DNA of 64,000 nucleotides from Sphingomicrobium sp. (lineage in GTDB: Bacteria > Pseudomonadota > Alphaproteobacteria > Sphingomonadales > Sphingomonadaceae): NCBI GenBank assembly GCA_035575595.1, contig DATLXR010000007.1, positions 9,125-73,124 of the forward strand, written 5' to 3'. The notes under the pieces are model-generated. The model was not told the origin of the DNA, searched no databases, and saw only the letters and a list, made by a program, of their open reading frames with translations. Shown here piece by piece: positions 38,408-47,986 of the stretch; position 1 is the first letter of the stretch, and each line of letters begins with the position of its first letter. A program made the translations under genes and the position numbers.

Positions 38408-39424
38408 TTATCCAGCGGTGCTTAGCCTGATAGTTCCGTTGACGCCATCGGGGAAGAAACCACCCTGCGAGGCTGCAGCGGCCGTCAGATAGACGATATT
38501 CAAGACGTCGCCGGCGCTGCGGCTGAACGCCAGACCATTGCCATCGACCGGAACAATGTTCGACATGTTGCCGATCTTCTGGACGCCTTGATCCTTGTCA
38601 CTCGGATCATCGAGCGAATCGCGTGCGCCCGAAATCTGCTCAGTCGCCGTGCGGAGCGAGGGAGTCTGGAGACCCTTTCCGTAAAGCACGGTGCGGATGA
38701 GGCTGGCGTGATAGGCTTCCGCGGCAAGGATCCCAGCGGCGGCCTCAAGGAAGGTCTTGCTGGTAATCAAGGGCGCCGCACCCTTGTAGGCCGTTACGCC
38801 GACATCCTCGAAGATGAACGCCGCGAGAAGGAAATTCTCGTCATTGGCGTAGGCATCGAACGATGCGCCCGCACCGATCAGTCCCGAGGCCCGTGCAGCA
38901 TTCGAGAAAGCGCTGTTCGGTCCCGTTCCGACATCAATCGTCGGTTGCGCTACCGCGGACGCACCCAAGGCAGCGCGGAGGAAGACAACGTGGTTGCGTT
39001 CGTCGGTTGCGATTTCGCGAGCATATTGCGCCACGAGTTGGTCGGTGAAGGGAACTTGCCTGCCGCCGGTTACCTGACCACGTTGTCCGGTACCGTTGAG
39101 GATATTGTCGGGCAAGCCCGTACCAAATGCAGCGAACGAATAGAATTGCGCCTCGAGATATTCAAGATTGAGCGCAAAGTTCAGAATGTCAGCGTCTCCC
39201 AAAGCGCCCGTGCCCGGGGTCGGGGTCGGGGTTGGGGAGGGGCCCGGGATTAGAATCGGGTCACTGGCACCGCCGTCGCCGCGACCACCGCCGCCGCAAG
39301 CGCTAAGCAGCGTTGCACCGGACAGAAGAGCCGCCGACGAACTGTAGCGGAGGAATGAGCGCCGAGCTTCGCGCCGCTCATCGCAGGCTTCGAGAATTTT
39401 GAATGCTTGATCTTCGTTAATCAT
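38408..39424 (-). CDS. Ferritin-like domain protein (desiccation-related PCC13-62-like), probable Tat lipoprotein
   Basis: ARRSFL...LLSAC; Pro/Thr linker; DILNFALNLEYLEAQFY, DERNH, FEDVGVTAYKGA, EAYH. Confidence 0.88.
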   Translation of the reverse strand: MINEDQAFKILEACDERREARRSFLRYSSSAALLSGATLLSACGGGGRGDGGASDPILIPGPSPTPTPTPGTGALGDADILNFALNLEYLEAQFYSFAAFGTGLPDNILNGTGQRGQVTGGRQVPFTDQLVAQYAREIATDERNHVVFLRAALGASAVAQPTIDVGTGPNSAFSNAARASGLIGAGASFDAYANDENFLLAAFIFEDVGVTAYKGAAPLITSKTFLEAAAGILAAEAYHASLIRTVLYGKGLQTPSLRTATEQISGARDSLDDPSDKDQGVQKIGNMSNIVPVDGNGLAFSRSAGDVLNIVYLTAAAASQGGFFPDGVNGTIRLSTAG

Positions 39425-39458
39425 TTTTGCCTCCCGGGCATGGATCAAGGAAACGGGC

Positions 39459-40409
39459 CTAATTGGCCTGGCTCGTCCTGATGTTACCGTTGACCCCATT
39501 GGGGAAGAATCCGCCCTGGGTGCGCGCCATTCCCGTCAGATAGACGATGTTGAGCACCTGGCCGGCGTTGCGACTGAAGGCGAGACCGTTGGCGTCGAGC
39601 GGGGCAATGTTCGACTGATTGCCGATCGGGCGAACGCCCTGATCCAAATCCGTCGAACCGTCGAGGCTGTCGCGGGCGTTCGAAATGCCCTCGGTCGCGT
39701 CGATCAGCGCTGGGGTCTGGATACCCTTGCGGAACAAGACCGTGCGCACCAGCGAGGCGTGATATGCCTCGACGGCTAGCAGGCCGGCTGCGGCTTCGAG
39801 GAAAGTCTTGTTGGTGATCAGCGGCGACGCGCCCTTGTAAGCGGTCACACCGACGTCCTCGAAAATGAACGCACCGAGCAGGAAATTCTCGTCGTTCGCA
39901 TAGGGATCGAAGAAGGCGGGGGCGGGACCGATCAAGCCTGCCGCGCGGGCCGCGGTCGAAAAGGCGCCATTGGGTGCGATGCCAATGTCGATCGTCGGTT
40001 GAGCAACTGCGGCTGCGCCAAGCGCATTCCGCAGGAAGACAACGTGGGCCAATTCGTCGGCGGCAATCTCATTTGCATATTCGGCAACGAGCGGGTCGGT
40101 GAAATTGACCTTACGTCCGCCAGTCGCCTCACCGCGTGTGCCGGTCCCGGTCAGCAGATTCGCGGGAAGTCCAGCGCCGGTCGTTGCGAAGAGATAGAAT
40201 TGCGCTTCGAGATATTCGAGGTTGAGCGCGAAATTGAGAATGTCCGCGTCGGTAACGGTGCTTTGCGCATTCAGCTTCTGACCGCCGAGCGTCATCACGA
40301 CAGGGGCGGCTACAGCGGCGGTTGCAGCGAGGCGGAAAAAGCCGCGCCGATCCTCGAGGCGCCGATGACGTGCCTTCAATGTTTTCAGTAGCAAATTTTC
40401 TTAGGGCAT
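39459..40409 (-). pseudogene. Ferritin-like domain protein (Tat signal) with an in-frame TAA at codon 3; may be expressed from TTG 40394
   Basis: AAGGAG SD, then ATG CCC TAA GAA AAT TTG...; DRRGFF Tat motif; same ferritin-like motifs as its paralog. Confidence 0.7.
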
Positions 40410-40440
40410 GCGGACGCTCCTTGCGGGAATTCAAGTGGTT

Positions 40441-40465
40441 AACTCGAATTATAGGCAAGGGTTCC
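40441..40465 (-). promoter_or_regulatory. EcfG/sigmaT-type promoter GGAAC-N17-GTT for the ferritin-like pair
   Basis: Reverse complement GGAAC-CCTTGCCTATAATTCGA-GTT, 31 nt upstream of ATG 40409. Confidence 0.7.
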
Positions 40466-40580
40466 TATTTAACCCAATGATTTTATTTATATTTTCCGCA
40501 TGCATCCAAGTGACGGGGTGGCCCGTACCCAGCGCCGAGTGGGGACCGGAGCATCGCGCGCCGGTCCCTAGTTCGCTGCG

Positions 40581-41279
40581 TTAGGCGCCTGCGAGTTCCG
40601 CAGTGTCGACCTTGACGCCCGGACCCATCGAAGAGCTCAGGGAGACCTTTTGGACGAACTTGCCCTTGGCACCCGCTGGCTTAGCCTTGACGATAGCATC
40701 GACGAACGCATCGAAATTGGCCTTGAGGTCGGCTTCGGGGAAGCTCGCCTTGCCGATTCCAGCGTGGACGATCCCTGCCTTCTCGACGCGGAACTCGACC
40801 TGACCCGACTTGGCCGCCTTGACCGCTTCGGCGACGTTCGGAGTGACCGTGCCTAGCTTCGGGTTGGGCATCAGGCCCTTGGGTCCCAACACCTTGCCGA
40901 GCCGACCGACCAGACCCATCATGTCGGGCGTGGCGATGACGCGGTCGAAATCGATCTTGCCGCCTTGGATCGACTCCATCAAATCCTCGGCGCCAACCAC
41001 TTCGGCACCAGCCTTGGTTGCTTCCTCGGCCTTGTCGCCGCGAGCGAACACCGCGACCCGGACGTCCTTGCCCGTGCCTTTAGGCAAATTGACCACGCCG
41101 CGGACCATCTGGTCGGCGTGGCGCGGATCGACGCCCAAGGCGATTGCGATTTCGACGGTCTCGTCGAATTTGGCGGTGGCGAGGCTCTTCACCAGGCCAA
41201 TCGCGTCGGCGACAGCATAATGCTTGAGCGGTTCGACCTTGCCTTCGAGCGCTTTGATTTTTTTGGTCTGCTTGGCCAT
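40581..41279 (-). CDS. rplA: 50S ribosomal protein L1
   Basis: [31 protein letters not shown]. Confidence 0.99.
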   Translation of the reverse strand: MAKQTKKIKALEGKVEPLKHYAVADAIGLVKSLATAKFDETVEIAIALGVDPRHADQMVRGVVNLPKGTGKDVRVAVFARGDKAEEATKAGAEVVGAEDLMESIQGGKIDFDRVIATPDMMGLVGRLGKVLGPKGLMPNPKLGTVTPNVAEAVKAAKSGQVEFRVEKAGIVHAGIGKASFPEADLKANFDAFVDAIVKAKPAGAKGKFVQKVSLSSSMGPGVKVDTAELAGA

Positions 41280-41283
41280 CGGA

Positions 41284-41715
41284 TTAACCCTCCACTACCT
41301 GGAGGCCCATCGCGCGAGCGGAGCCTTCGATGATCTTGGTCGCGGCCTCAATGTCGTTGGCATTGAGGTCCTTCATCTTGGCTTCGGCGATTTCGGCCAG
41401 TTGCGAACGCTTGATCGTGCCCGCCGAAATCTTGCCTGGCTCTTTTGAACCGGACTTCAGCTTGGCGGCTTTCTTAAGCAGGAAGGAAGCGGGCGGGGTC
41501 TTGGTCGCGAAGGAGAAGCTGCGATCGGCGAAGACGGTGATCACCGTCGGGATCGGCATGCCCTTCTCAAGCTCCTGCGTCGAAGCGTTGAACGCCTTGC
41601 AGAATTCCATGATGTTCACGCCGCGCTGGCCCAAGGCGGGGCCGATCGGTGGCGAGGGGTTGGCGGCGCCGGCTGGCACCTGCAGCTTAATATAGCCGGT
41701 AATTTTCTTGGCCAT
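41284..41715 (-). CDS. rplK: 50S ribosomal protein L11
   Basis: [29 protein letters not shown]. Confidence 0.99.
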   Translation of the reverse strand: MAKKITGYIKLQVPAGAANPSPPIGPALGQRGVNIMEFCKAFNASTQELEKGMPIPTVITVFADRSFSFATKTPPASFLLKKAAKLKSGSKEPGKISAGTIKRSQLAEIAEAKMKDLNANDIEAATKIIEGSARAMGLQVVEG

Positions 41716-41770
41716 GTTTCTCACTCTCATTTGGCTTTGGAGGTGCAACAGGACCCCAAGCCGCAAGTTT

Positions 41771-41808
41771 AGCGGTCCAGACGGCGGTTCGATGAACCGC
41801 CTCCCGCG
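41771..41808 (-). promoter_or_regulatory. Probable L1-binding leader of rplK-rplA
   Basis: Reverse complement GCGGGAGGCGGTTC-ATC-GAACCGCC..GGACCGC: hairpin with a GGGAG-containing asymmetric loop, as in L1 mRNA targets. Confidence 0.5.
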
Positions 41809-41900
41809 ATGGATTTTTCAGACACTAGATTTGCCCGAAGGCGCGGCCCTTAGCGCGGTAGCGCGCAAAAGTGAAGCGGGTGCAATTAAGAGCGCGGCAT

Positions 41901-43505
41901 CTACAGCCGGTTTAGGACACGTCGAACTCCCGCCAGCAGGGAAAAGCGCTCCTCATACCAATCGAATAGCAGGCGATTGTGGTTGTGATTGAACGTGTGT
42001 GGCCCCTTCGCATGTTGAAAGGCCGCCGCGCCGATTTCAGTTTCTCGGTAGATATCGGGGGACAGTGTGTCGATACGAAACTGCACAATCCCGTCACCGT
42101 AGCCCGTTCGGAAATCCTGGCCCAGCCGGATCAGCCCGCCGGGCCAGCTGTCAATCGCGCCTGCCATGCGTGCCCCACGGATCGAGGTGCGGATTGGACT
42201 GTCCGGGTGCAGGGTGAAGCGGCCAAACAGAGTGGGGCGTTCCACAACCGCAGCACCGCGGGACCTTCGCCGGTGCGGTTGCCGAACAAATAAATACGGC
42301 CGCCGTGGCTAAACAGCGTCGGGTCGAGAAGGGCGCGCTCGTCAATGTCCAGCTCGGCAATGCGGATCGCTCGAGCGTCGATTAATTCGTAGATTGTCGG
42401 GCGCGACCAGCCCGCAGTCTCTGGAACAATGTAGCGCCGACCGTCTTCTTCAACCGAGGAAGGGTAGGAGACGTGACCAGGCAATCCGCTGATCGCGACC
42501 TGGCTGTCGCCGCGCAACCTGAGCAGCTCGCCCGGCTGTCGCCGCGCAACCTGAGCAGCTCGCCCTTTCCGGTCCGGCCATTCATCGCTTCGACCAGAAT
42601 GTCTTCGCCGAAGAAGAAGGGGTCGGCATGGAATCGGTGCGGTGGTCGGACGTGCGGACTTTCCCATTGCTGAGATCGCTTCGCCGCCTGCTCAATCGCT
42701 TCGGTGGGGCAAGCACCCCCGGCATGGTCGACCATGGACACGCGCCAACGTTTTTCGATGAAGGCACCGTAGGCGACGCGCCCGATTGCACGCATGAACA
42801 TCTTTGTGGCGAGAACCAGCACGATAATATCGGAAGGGAGGCGGAAGAGCTTTCCATTTGGCTGGAGATTGACGCGATTGCCGTTCGCAACGGCTTGAAG
42901 GGCTTTGCCGAGTAGCAAAGGCGACATTCGGAATGAGTCGATCAACGTCTGACGATAGCTGTGCTGAACGACGCGGGTCTGGGCGAATGCAAGCACTTCG
43001 CCGGCATCGAGGCGATTGGCGAGGACTTGGACGATCTGTCCCAGAAACGGCTCTTTCTTAAGCATTTCGTAGAACCCGGCCGGCCGGCCGCGATAGGCAC
43101 TGGGATCGCCATGATGGTAGGAAATGATGGGTATCGAGAGCGTCAGCGGATGGGGAATGCGAAGCAGACCAAGGCCGAATTTGACGACCACGTCGATCCG
43201 CCTGTCGCGCAGCCAATCGATCGTTTCCTGCGGAAAGCGGCCCAGCCACCTTCGACCGAAGGCCGACAATGATGCCGATCGATGAAGGTCATTGCGGGAT
43301 CGGGGAAGGCGACCCCGCGCGTCATGGGATTGCGGACAGTGACCAAATTAAGTGCGTAGTAGAGACCGTGGCCGATGAGCTTGCGGCTGGCGGGATGCTC
43401 ATCACAGGTCAGCAGATAAAAGTCGTGACTCTCGGTCACGTCGGCGATTGCCTGCCGTTGCCAGAATGCGAGCGTGTGTCCGTTGCAAAGGATGGCGACA
43501 CGCAT
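41901..43505 (-). pseudogene. Formyltransferase-like + glycoside-hydrolase/GINT1-like beta-propeller protein, three frameshifts
   Basis: Fragments 43143-43505, 42382-43269, 42131-42667 and 41901-42245 join into one protein (HHGDP..YRG.PAGFYE; FHADPFF; HVSYP; YIVPET; LDPTLF; ARMAG; RLGQD...YG; HTFN). Confidence 0.72.
42502..42565. repeat. Perfect 32-bp tandem duplication causing a frameshift
   Basis: GGCTGTCGCCGCGCAACCTGAGCAGCTCGCCC x2. Confidence 0.95.
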
Positions 43506-43602
43506 GGGGCCCTGATTAGGACTGGGCGTGGCCCTTGTCCATCACGCCCGGATCAGTCCTTAGCAAAATCGTCGCTTTGACCACGGACGCCTGGATGAGT
43601 GT

Positions 43603-44139
43603 TTACTTGGCGCGTTCGACCTGTTCGAATTCGAGTTCGACCGGGGTCGCACGGCCGAAGATCGAGACGCTGACCTTGACCCGGCTGCGGTCGAAGTCGA
43701 GTTCCTCGACGATGCCGTTGAAGCTTGCGAACGGGCCGTCGAGCACCTTGACCGAATCGCCGATTTCATAATCGACCTTGATCTTCTGCTTGGGCGCGGC
43801 TGCTGCTTCTTCCTTGGTCGCGAGCATTCGCGCGGCCTGCGCGTCTGGGATTGCCTGCGGCCTGCCGTTGGGGCCGAGGAAGCCGGTCACCTTGGGGGTG
43901 TTCTTGACAAGGTGATAGACGTCGTCGTTCATCGCCAGCTTGGCGAGGACGTAGCCGGGCATGAACTTGCGCTCCGACTGCACCTTCTTGCCGCGCTTGA
44001 CCTCGGTAATGGTCTCGGTGGGGACCTCGATCGCCTCAACGAGCGTTTCGAGCCCGAGGCGCCTGGCCTCCGACATGATCGACTCGCGAACCTTGTTCTC
44101 GAAGCCGGAATAAGCGTGGATGATGTACCAGCGGGACAT
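43603..44139 (-). CDS. nusG: Transcription termination/antitermination factor NusG
   Basis: MSRWYIIHAYSGFE, MPGYVL, KOW motif GPFASFNG, SIFGRATPVEL. Confidence 0.99.
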   Translation of the reverse strand: MSRWYIIHAYSGFENKVRESIMSEARRLGLETLVEAIEVPTETITEVKRGKKVQSERKFMPGYVLAKLAMNDDVYHLVKNTPKVTGFLGPNGRPQAIPDAQAARMLATKEEAAAAPKQKIKVDYEIGDSVKVLDGPFASFNGIVEELDFDRSRVKVSVSIFGRATPVELEFEQVERAK

Positions 44140-44155
44140 GGTTTTCCTGAAAATC

Positions 44156-44368
44156 TTAGCCGAGCAGGCTGAGCAAATATTTGACGATTCCGCCGAACGC
44201 CGAATCCACACCGAAGAAGAAGATCGCGAGCAAGGTGGTCATGATCACGACCATGATCGCGGTGGTGATGGTTTCCTTGCGCGTCGGCCAGGTGATTTTC
44301 GCGGTTTCCGCGCGCACCTGGCGAATGAACTCGCCGGGAGTGACCTTTGCGCCGGGATTGATCGCCAT
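44156..44368 (-). CDS. secE: Preprotein translocase subunit SecE
   Basis: FIRQVRAETAKITWPTRKE plus one TM helix; upstream of nusG. Confidence 0.96.
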   Translation of the reverse strand: MAINPGAKVTPGEFIRQVRAETAKITWPTRKETITTAIMVVIMTTLLAIFFFGVDSAFGGIVKYLLSLLG

Positions 44369-44622
44369 CGGGTTGGTCGCCTTTCAGCGCGAAACTAGAA
44401 AAAAGAGGCCCGCGGGCTCGCCGCTGGACCTCGTGCGGAGGGCCTTAGCGCGAACCGGTTGCGCTATCAAGCGGGGGGTCGTGGGGGTGGGGGCTTAAAT
44501 CACTGAGGCCGTCACGGAGTACATCCCGTGGCGTCGATCCTGTCGCTTCGCGCAGGTCGGCCGGCCCGGCGCGTCCGCTTCGCGGAATTGCGAAACGGCT
44601 GGGCTATGCGCCTTGCTCGGGC

Positions 44623-44698
44623 TGGCAGGGGCAGGGGGACTCGAACCCACGACCCTCGGTTTTGGAGACCGATGCTCTACCAACTGAGCTATACCCCT
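44623..44698 (-). tRNA. tRNA-Trp (CCA)
   Basis: Reverse complement AGGGGTATAGCTCAGTTGGTAGAGCATCGGTCTCCAAAACCGAG...GGTTCGAGTCC...GCCA. Confidence 0.98.
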
Positions 44699-44750
44699 AT
44701 GCCGAGGCGCGGGTTAAACGTGCAGCAGTCAAGGCGCAAGGGGATGAAGA

Positions 44751-45428
44751 TCAGGCCAACCGGCGAACGCATTGCACAACCATCGCGCAGCGCGTCTCGA
44801 AGCCCAGCTTCCGGTATAGTTGGATTGCCACTTTATTGTTGGCATAGGCATGGAGAAAGGGGATTTCACCTCGATTGACGATCAGGCTGGAAACAAAGCG
44901 GAACAGAGCGCTGCCATAGCCCTGCCCTTGCGCATCGGGGTGCGTACAAACCCCGCTGACCTCGCTGAAGCCGGGCACCTTCATTCGCTCTCCAGCCATA
45001 GCGACAATACGTCCATTTTCGCGGATTCACCAAAATTGGCCGAGCTGGTGCGTATGTGAGTGGAACGGCCCAGGCTTGGTCAGATCCGCGAGCGCCCGCA
45101 TTTCCGGAACGTCGGCATCGACGAGAGGTTCGATCGGGAAGGGGACGGCACAGGCTTCGAAACCATTTGCGAGCATCTGAACAGCGGGCAGTTCGCTCGT
45201 CAGCACGAGTCCGCTAGGAATCGACGAGGCTGTCGCCTGAAGCAGTATCAATTCTTCGTCCTCAGGAACTAAGGCGCGCATCGCAGCCAAACTGGCAGCG
45301 CTTTCGTCACGGCAGGCAATGAAGGGCTCGACGTCGCAGGGGAAACGAACCGCCCTTGCGCAACCGACGGCGAATTGCGCTTGACGGCCCTTAAGCGCGC
45401 TCCAGATCGGACGGTCGAGATCGATCAT
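44751..45428 (-). pseudogene. GNAT (FR47-like) acetyltransferase with an in-frame TGA at 45027-45029
   Basis: ...TKPGPF...GQFW*IRENGRIVAMAGERM...EVSGVCTHPDAQGQGYG; both halves are in the same frame. Confidence 0.85.
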
Positions 45429-45919
45429 CTTTGCCGCTCCAACCGCGCGGCGAACCGCTCCGTTTTCAGTCGATTCTCCACTTGCTCGAGCTGGGCGAGG
45501 AGCGGGGAACCGAGATCGGCGCATAATTCCTCCGCCGCTGCAGCGATGCGCCCAAACATTGCAGCTTCCAGCGCTGCCAATGCCTGTTCTCCTTTGCGGG
45601 TGAGCATTGCTGAGCGAGACCGGCGATCGTTTGGATCAGCGGCGAGCACGAGGATACCTTGACGCCGCAAGGTGCCGGCCGCGCGGGAAACCGCGGGCTG
45701 GCTAATTCCGAGCTGATCGACGAGCTCGCTTATACCTAATCCGGGCCGTCGACGGAGCGCGACCATGATCGGAACTTGTGATGGCAGCAGGCCCACACCG
45801 CGCACTGCAAAGGCTTCAGCAACGCCAGCCTGGAGCAGATCCCCTAGCCTCTTAAAGCGCGTTCCAAGTGCCAAATAGGCCAAGTCGCGGACAAAGTCCG
45901 AATCGGAGCGAGTTTCCAT
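45425..45919 (-). CDS. MarR family transcriptional regulator
   Basis: LALGTRFKRL, ISQPAVSR, DPNDRRSR..LT.KG; ATGA-coupled to the GNAT gene. Confidence 0.9.
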   Translation of the reverse strand: METRSDSDFVRDLAYLALGTRFKRLGDLLQAGVAEAFAVRGVGLLPSQVPIMVALRRRPGLGISELVDQLGISQPAVSRAAGTLRRQGILVLAADPNDRRSRSAMLTRKGEQALAALEAAMFGRIAAAAEELCADLGSPLLAQLEQVENRLKTERFAARLERQR

Positions 45920-45930
45920 AACATGTTATG
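45917..45930. promoter_or_regulatory. Perfect 14-bp palindrome CATAACATGTTATG over the marR start codon (candidate auto-operator)
   Basis: Seen directly. Confidence 0.6.
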
Positions 45931-46099
45931 TAACCAGTCTTCCTGAGAGGCGCAACCAACGAAGTTTTAACGCCGCGTGACGAGTATTTCGGCACCAATT
46001 TTCGACGGGGATTATCGCTCAGGCTGGCAAGGGGGTCGGACAGCCTCACAACCGGTCGTTGCTCCGGGTTATCTTGAAGGGAAAGGACCGCCGCGCCGC

Positions 46100-47944
46100 C
46101 TAGGCCGCGACGTCGAAGGGCGTGATTTCGCCGCTCAGGTAGAGGTTGCGGGCCTTGGTGCGGCTGAGCTTGCCCGATGAGGTGCGAGGCAGGGAACGCG
46201 GCGGGATCAGTTCGACGACTGGGCTGATCCCGGTGATCGCGCGCACCCGTTCGCGGATGTCGTCGCGCAGGCGGCTGCGCTCGTCGGCGTCGCTGGTGCG
46301 GCAATGGACGAGGACGGCGGGGGTTTCCTCGCCCGAGGGGCCGGTGATTGCGAAGGCGGCGATGTCGCCGGCCTTGAAGCCGGGCAATTGCTCGACCGCC
46401 CATTCGATGTCCTGCGGCCAATGGTTGCGGCCGTTGATGATGATCATGTCCTTGGCGCGGCCGACGATGAAGATGTAGCCGCCCGACATGTAGCCCATGT
46501 CGCCGGTGTCGAGCCAATGGTCGCTCGACAAGCAGGCGCGGGTCGATTCCTCGTCACGGAAATAGCCGGCCATAATCGAGGTGCCGCGCGCGAACAATTT
46601 GCCGATCGAGCGGTCGCCGAGAATGGCGCCCTCGGAGTCGCGGATTTCGACCTCCATGTCTTTGACCGGCTTTCCGCAATTGACGATTGCACGGTAGCGG
46701 CGCGGGCGTTCCTGCGCAGGCGTCCCGAGGCCCGACAATTCGCTTTCCTCGACCAGTTCTAGACGAATGCCCTCGCCCGGGGGCATGATCGAGACCGCCA
46801 AAGTGGCTTCGGCCAGGCCGTAACTTGGGCAGAAACTGGCCGCCTTAAAGCCAGCGTCGGCGAAGCTGTCGACAAATGCCTGCATCACGTCGGGGCGGAT
46901 CATGTCGGCGCCATTGCCGGCGATCCGCCAGCGCGACAGGTCGAAGCGGTCGGCTGCGCGAGTCTGCGACGACATCCGCCGCGAGCAGATGTCGTAGCCG
47001 AAGGTCGGTGAGTAAGACAGAGTCGTCCCGGGGTTGCGGCTGATCAGGCCCAGCCAGGCGAGCGGGCGGCGGGCGAAATCCTCGGTTTTCAGATAATCGA
47101 CGCTCATCTGATTGGCCAGCGGGGAGAGCATGCAGCCGACCAAACCCATGTCGTGATACCATGGCAGCCAGCTGATGCAGCGGTCGCTGTCCCGAACTTC
47201 GACGCCGATTGCGTGCGCCGCAAGGTTGTCGAGGAGGGCGCGATGCGTGACCGAGACTCCGTGCGGGAAGCGCGTCGATCCGCTTGAATATTGCAGATAG
47301 GCGATTTCTGCGGGGTTCGCCGCTGGCAATCGCGCGTCGGCGGGGTCGACATCGGCAAGGCTGTCCCAATCGCGCGCTGCAACCCCACGTTCGGTCGCCG
47401 CAGCTTCGGCGAAGTCAGCGAGTTCGGGCGGGTAGAGGAATATAATCGGGTCGGAGCTGGTCAGCATCACCACCAATTGCTCAACATAAGCTTCGCGTCC
47501 GCCAAAGCTGGTCGGGAGCGGCAATGGCACCGGCCATAGACCAGCGTAGACCGCCCCGAAGAAACAGGCGGCGAATTCAGGTCCGGTTTCAGCGATGAGC
47601 GCGAGACGGTCACCCTTTTTCAAACCCATCGCGATGAAGCGGCGGGCGTGGAGCAAAGCGTCGTCGCGCAAGGCGGCGAAGGGATAGGCTCGCGTAAGCA
47701 CTCCGCGTGCATCGTGGAAATTCATTCCCCGGCGGCCCTGCGCGGCATAGTCGAGCGCATCGCCGAGGGTCGCGAAATCGGCAATGCGGCGCGGCAGATC
47801 GTCGAGCGTTGGCGTATGATCGAGAGGAGTGAGATCGGCGGGGTGCGTGTCGATCGTAGTGTTGCGCTCGAGCACTCGCAAATCCTTGGGGTCGTTTGTT
47901 GCGGACACCGGCGCCCATGCACCGGCCTGGCCACCCACTGGCAC
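46100..47944 (-). CDS. Fatty acyl-AMP ligase (start uncertain, probably downstream of 47944)
   Basis: YLQYSSGSTRFP, SWLPWYHDMGL, YGLAEATL, TGDMG, RTSSGKL. Confidence 0.9.
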   Translation of the reverse strand: MPVGGQAGAWAPVSATNDPKDLRVLERNTTIDTHPADLTPLDHTPTLDDLPRRIADFATLGDALDYAAQGRRGMNFHDARGVLTRAYPFAALRDDALLHARRFIAMGLKKGDRLALIAETGPEFAACFFGAVYAGLWPVPLPLPTSFGGREAYVEQLVVMLTSSDPIIFLYPPELADFAEAAATERGVAARDWDSLADVDPADARLPAANPAEIAYLQYSSGSTRFPHGVSVTHRALLDNLAAHAIGVEVRDSDRCISWLPWYHDMGLVGCMLSPLANQMSVDYLKTEDFARRPLAWLGLISRNPGTTLSYSPTFGYDICSRRMSSQTRAADRFDLSRWRIAGNGADMIRPDVMQAFVDSFADAGFKAASFCPSYGLAEATLAVSIMPPGEGIRLELVEESELSGLGTPAQERPRRYRAIVNCGKPVKDMEVEIRDSEGAILGDRSIGKLFARGTSIMAGYFRDEESTRACLSSDHWLDTGDMGYMSGGYIFIVGRAKDMIIINGRNHWPQDIEWAVEQLPGFKAGDIAAFAITGPSGEETPAVLVHCRTSDADERSRLRDDIRERVRAITGISPVVELIPPRSLPRTSSGKLSRTKARNLYLSGEITPFDVAA

Positions 47945-47986
47945 CCGACTAGCGTGATGCTGTTCGACTGTGGCACAAACAAGGCG

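Noticed and set aside
45027-45029. Selenocysteine or genetic-code reassignment of UGA in the GNAT gene
   Set aside because: The position appears to correspond to Gly rather than Cys; TGA is a normal stop in many genes here and RF2 is intact
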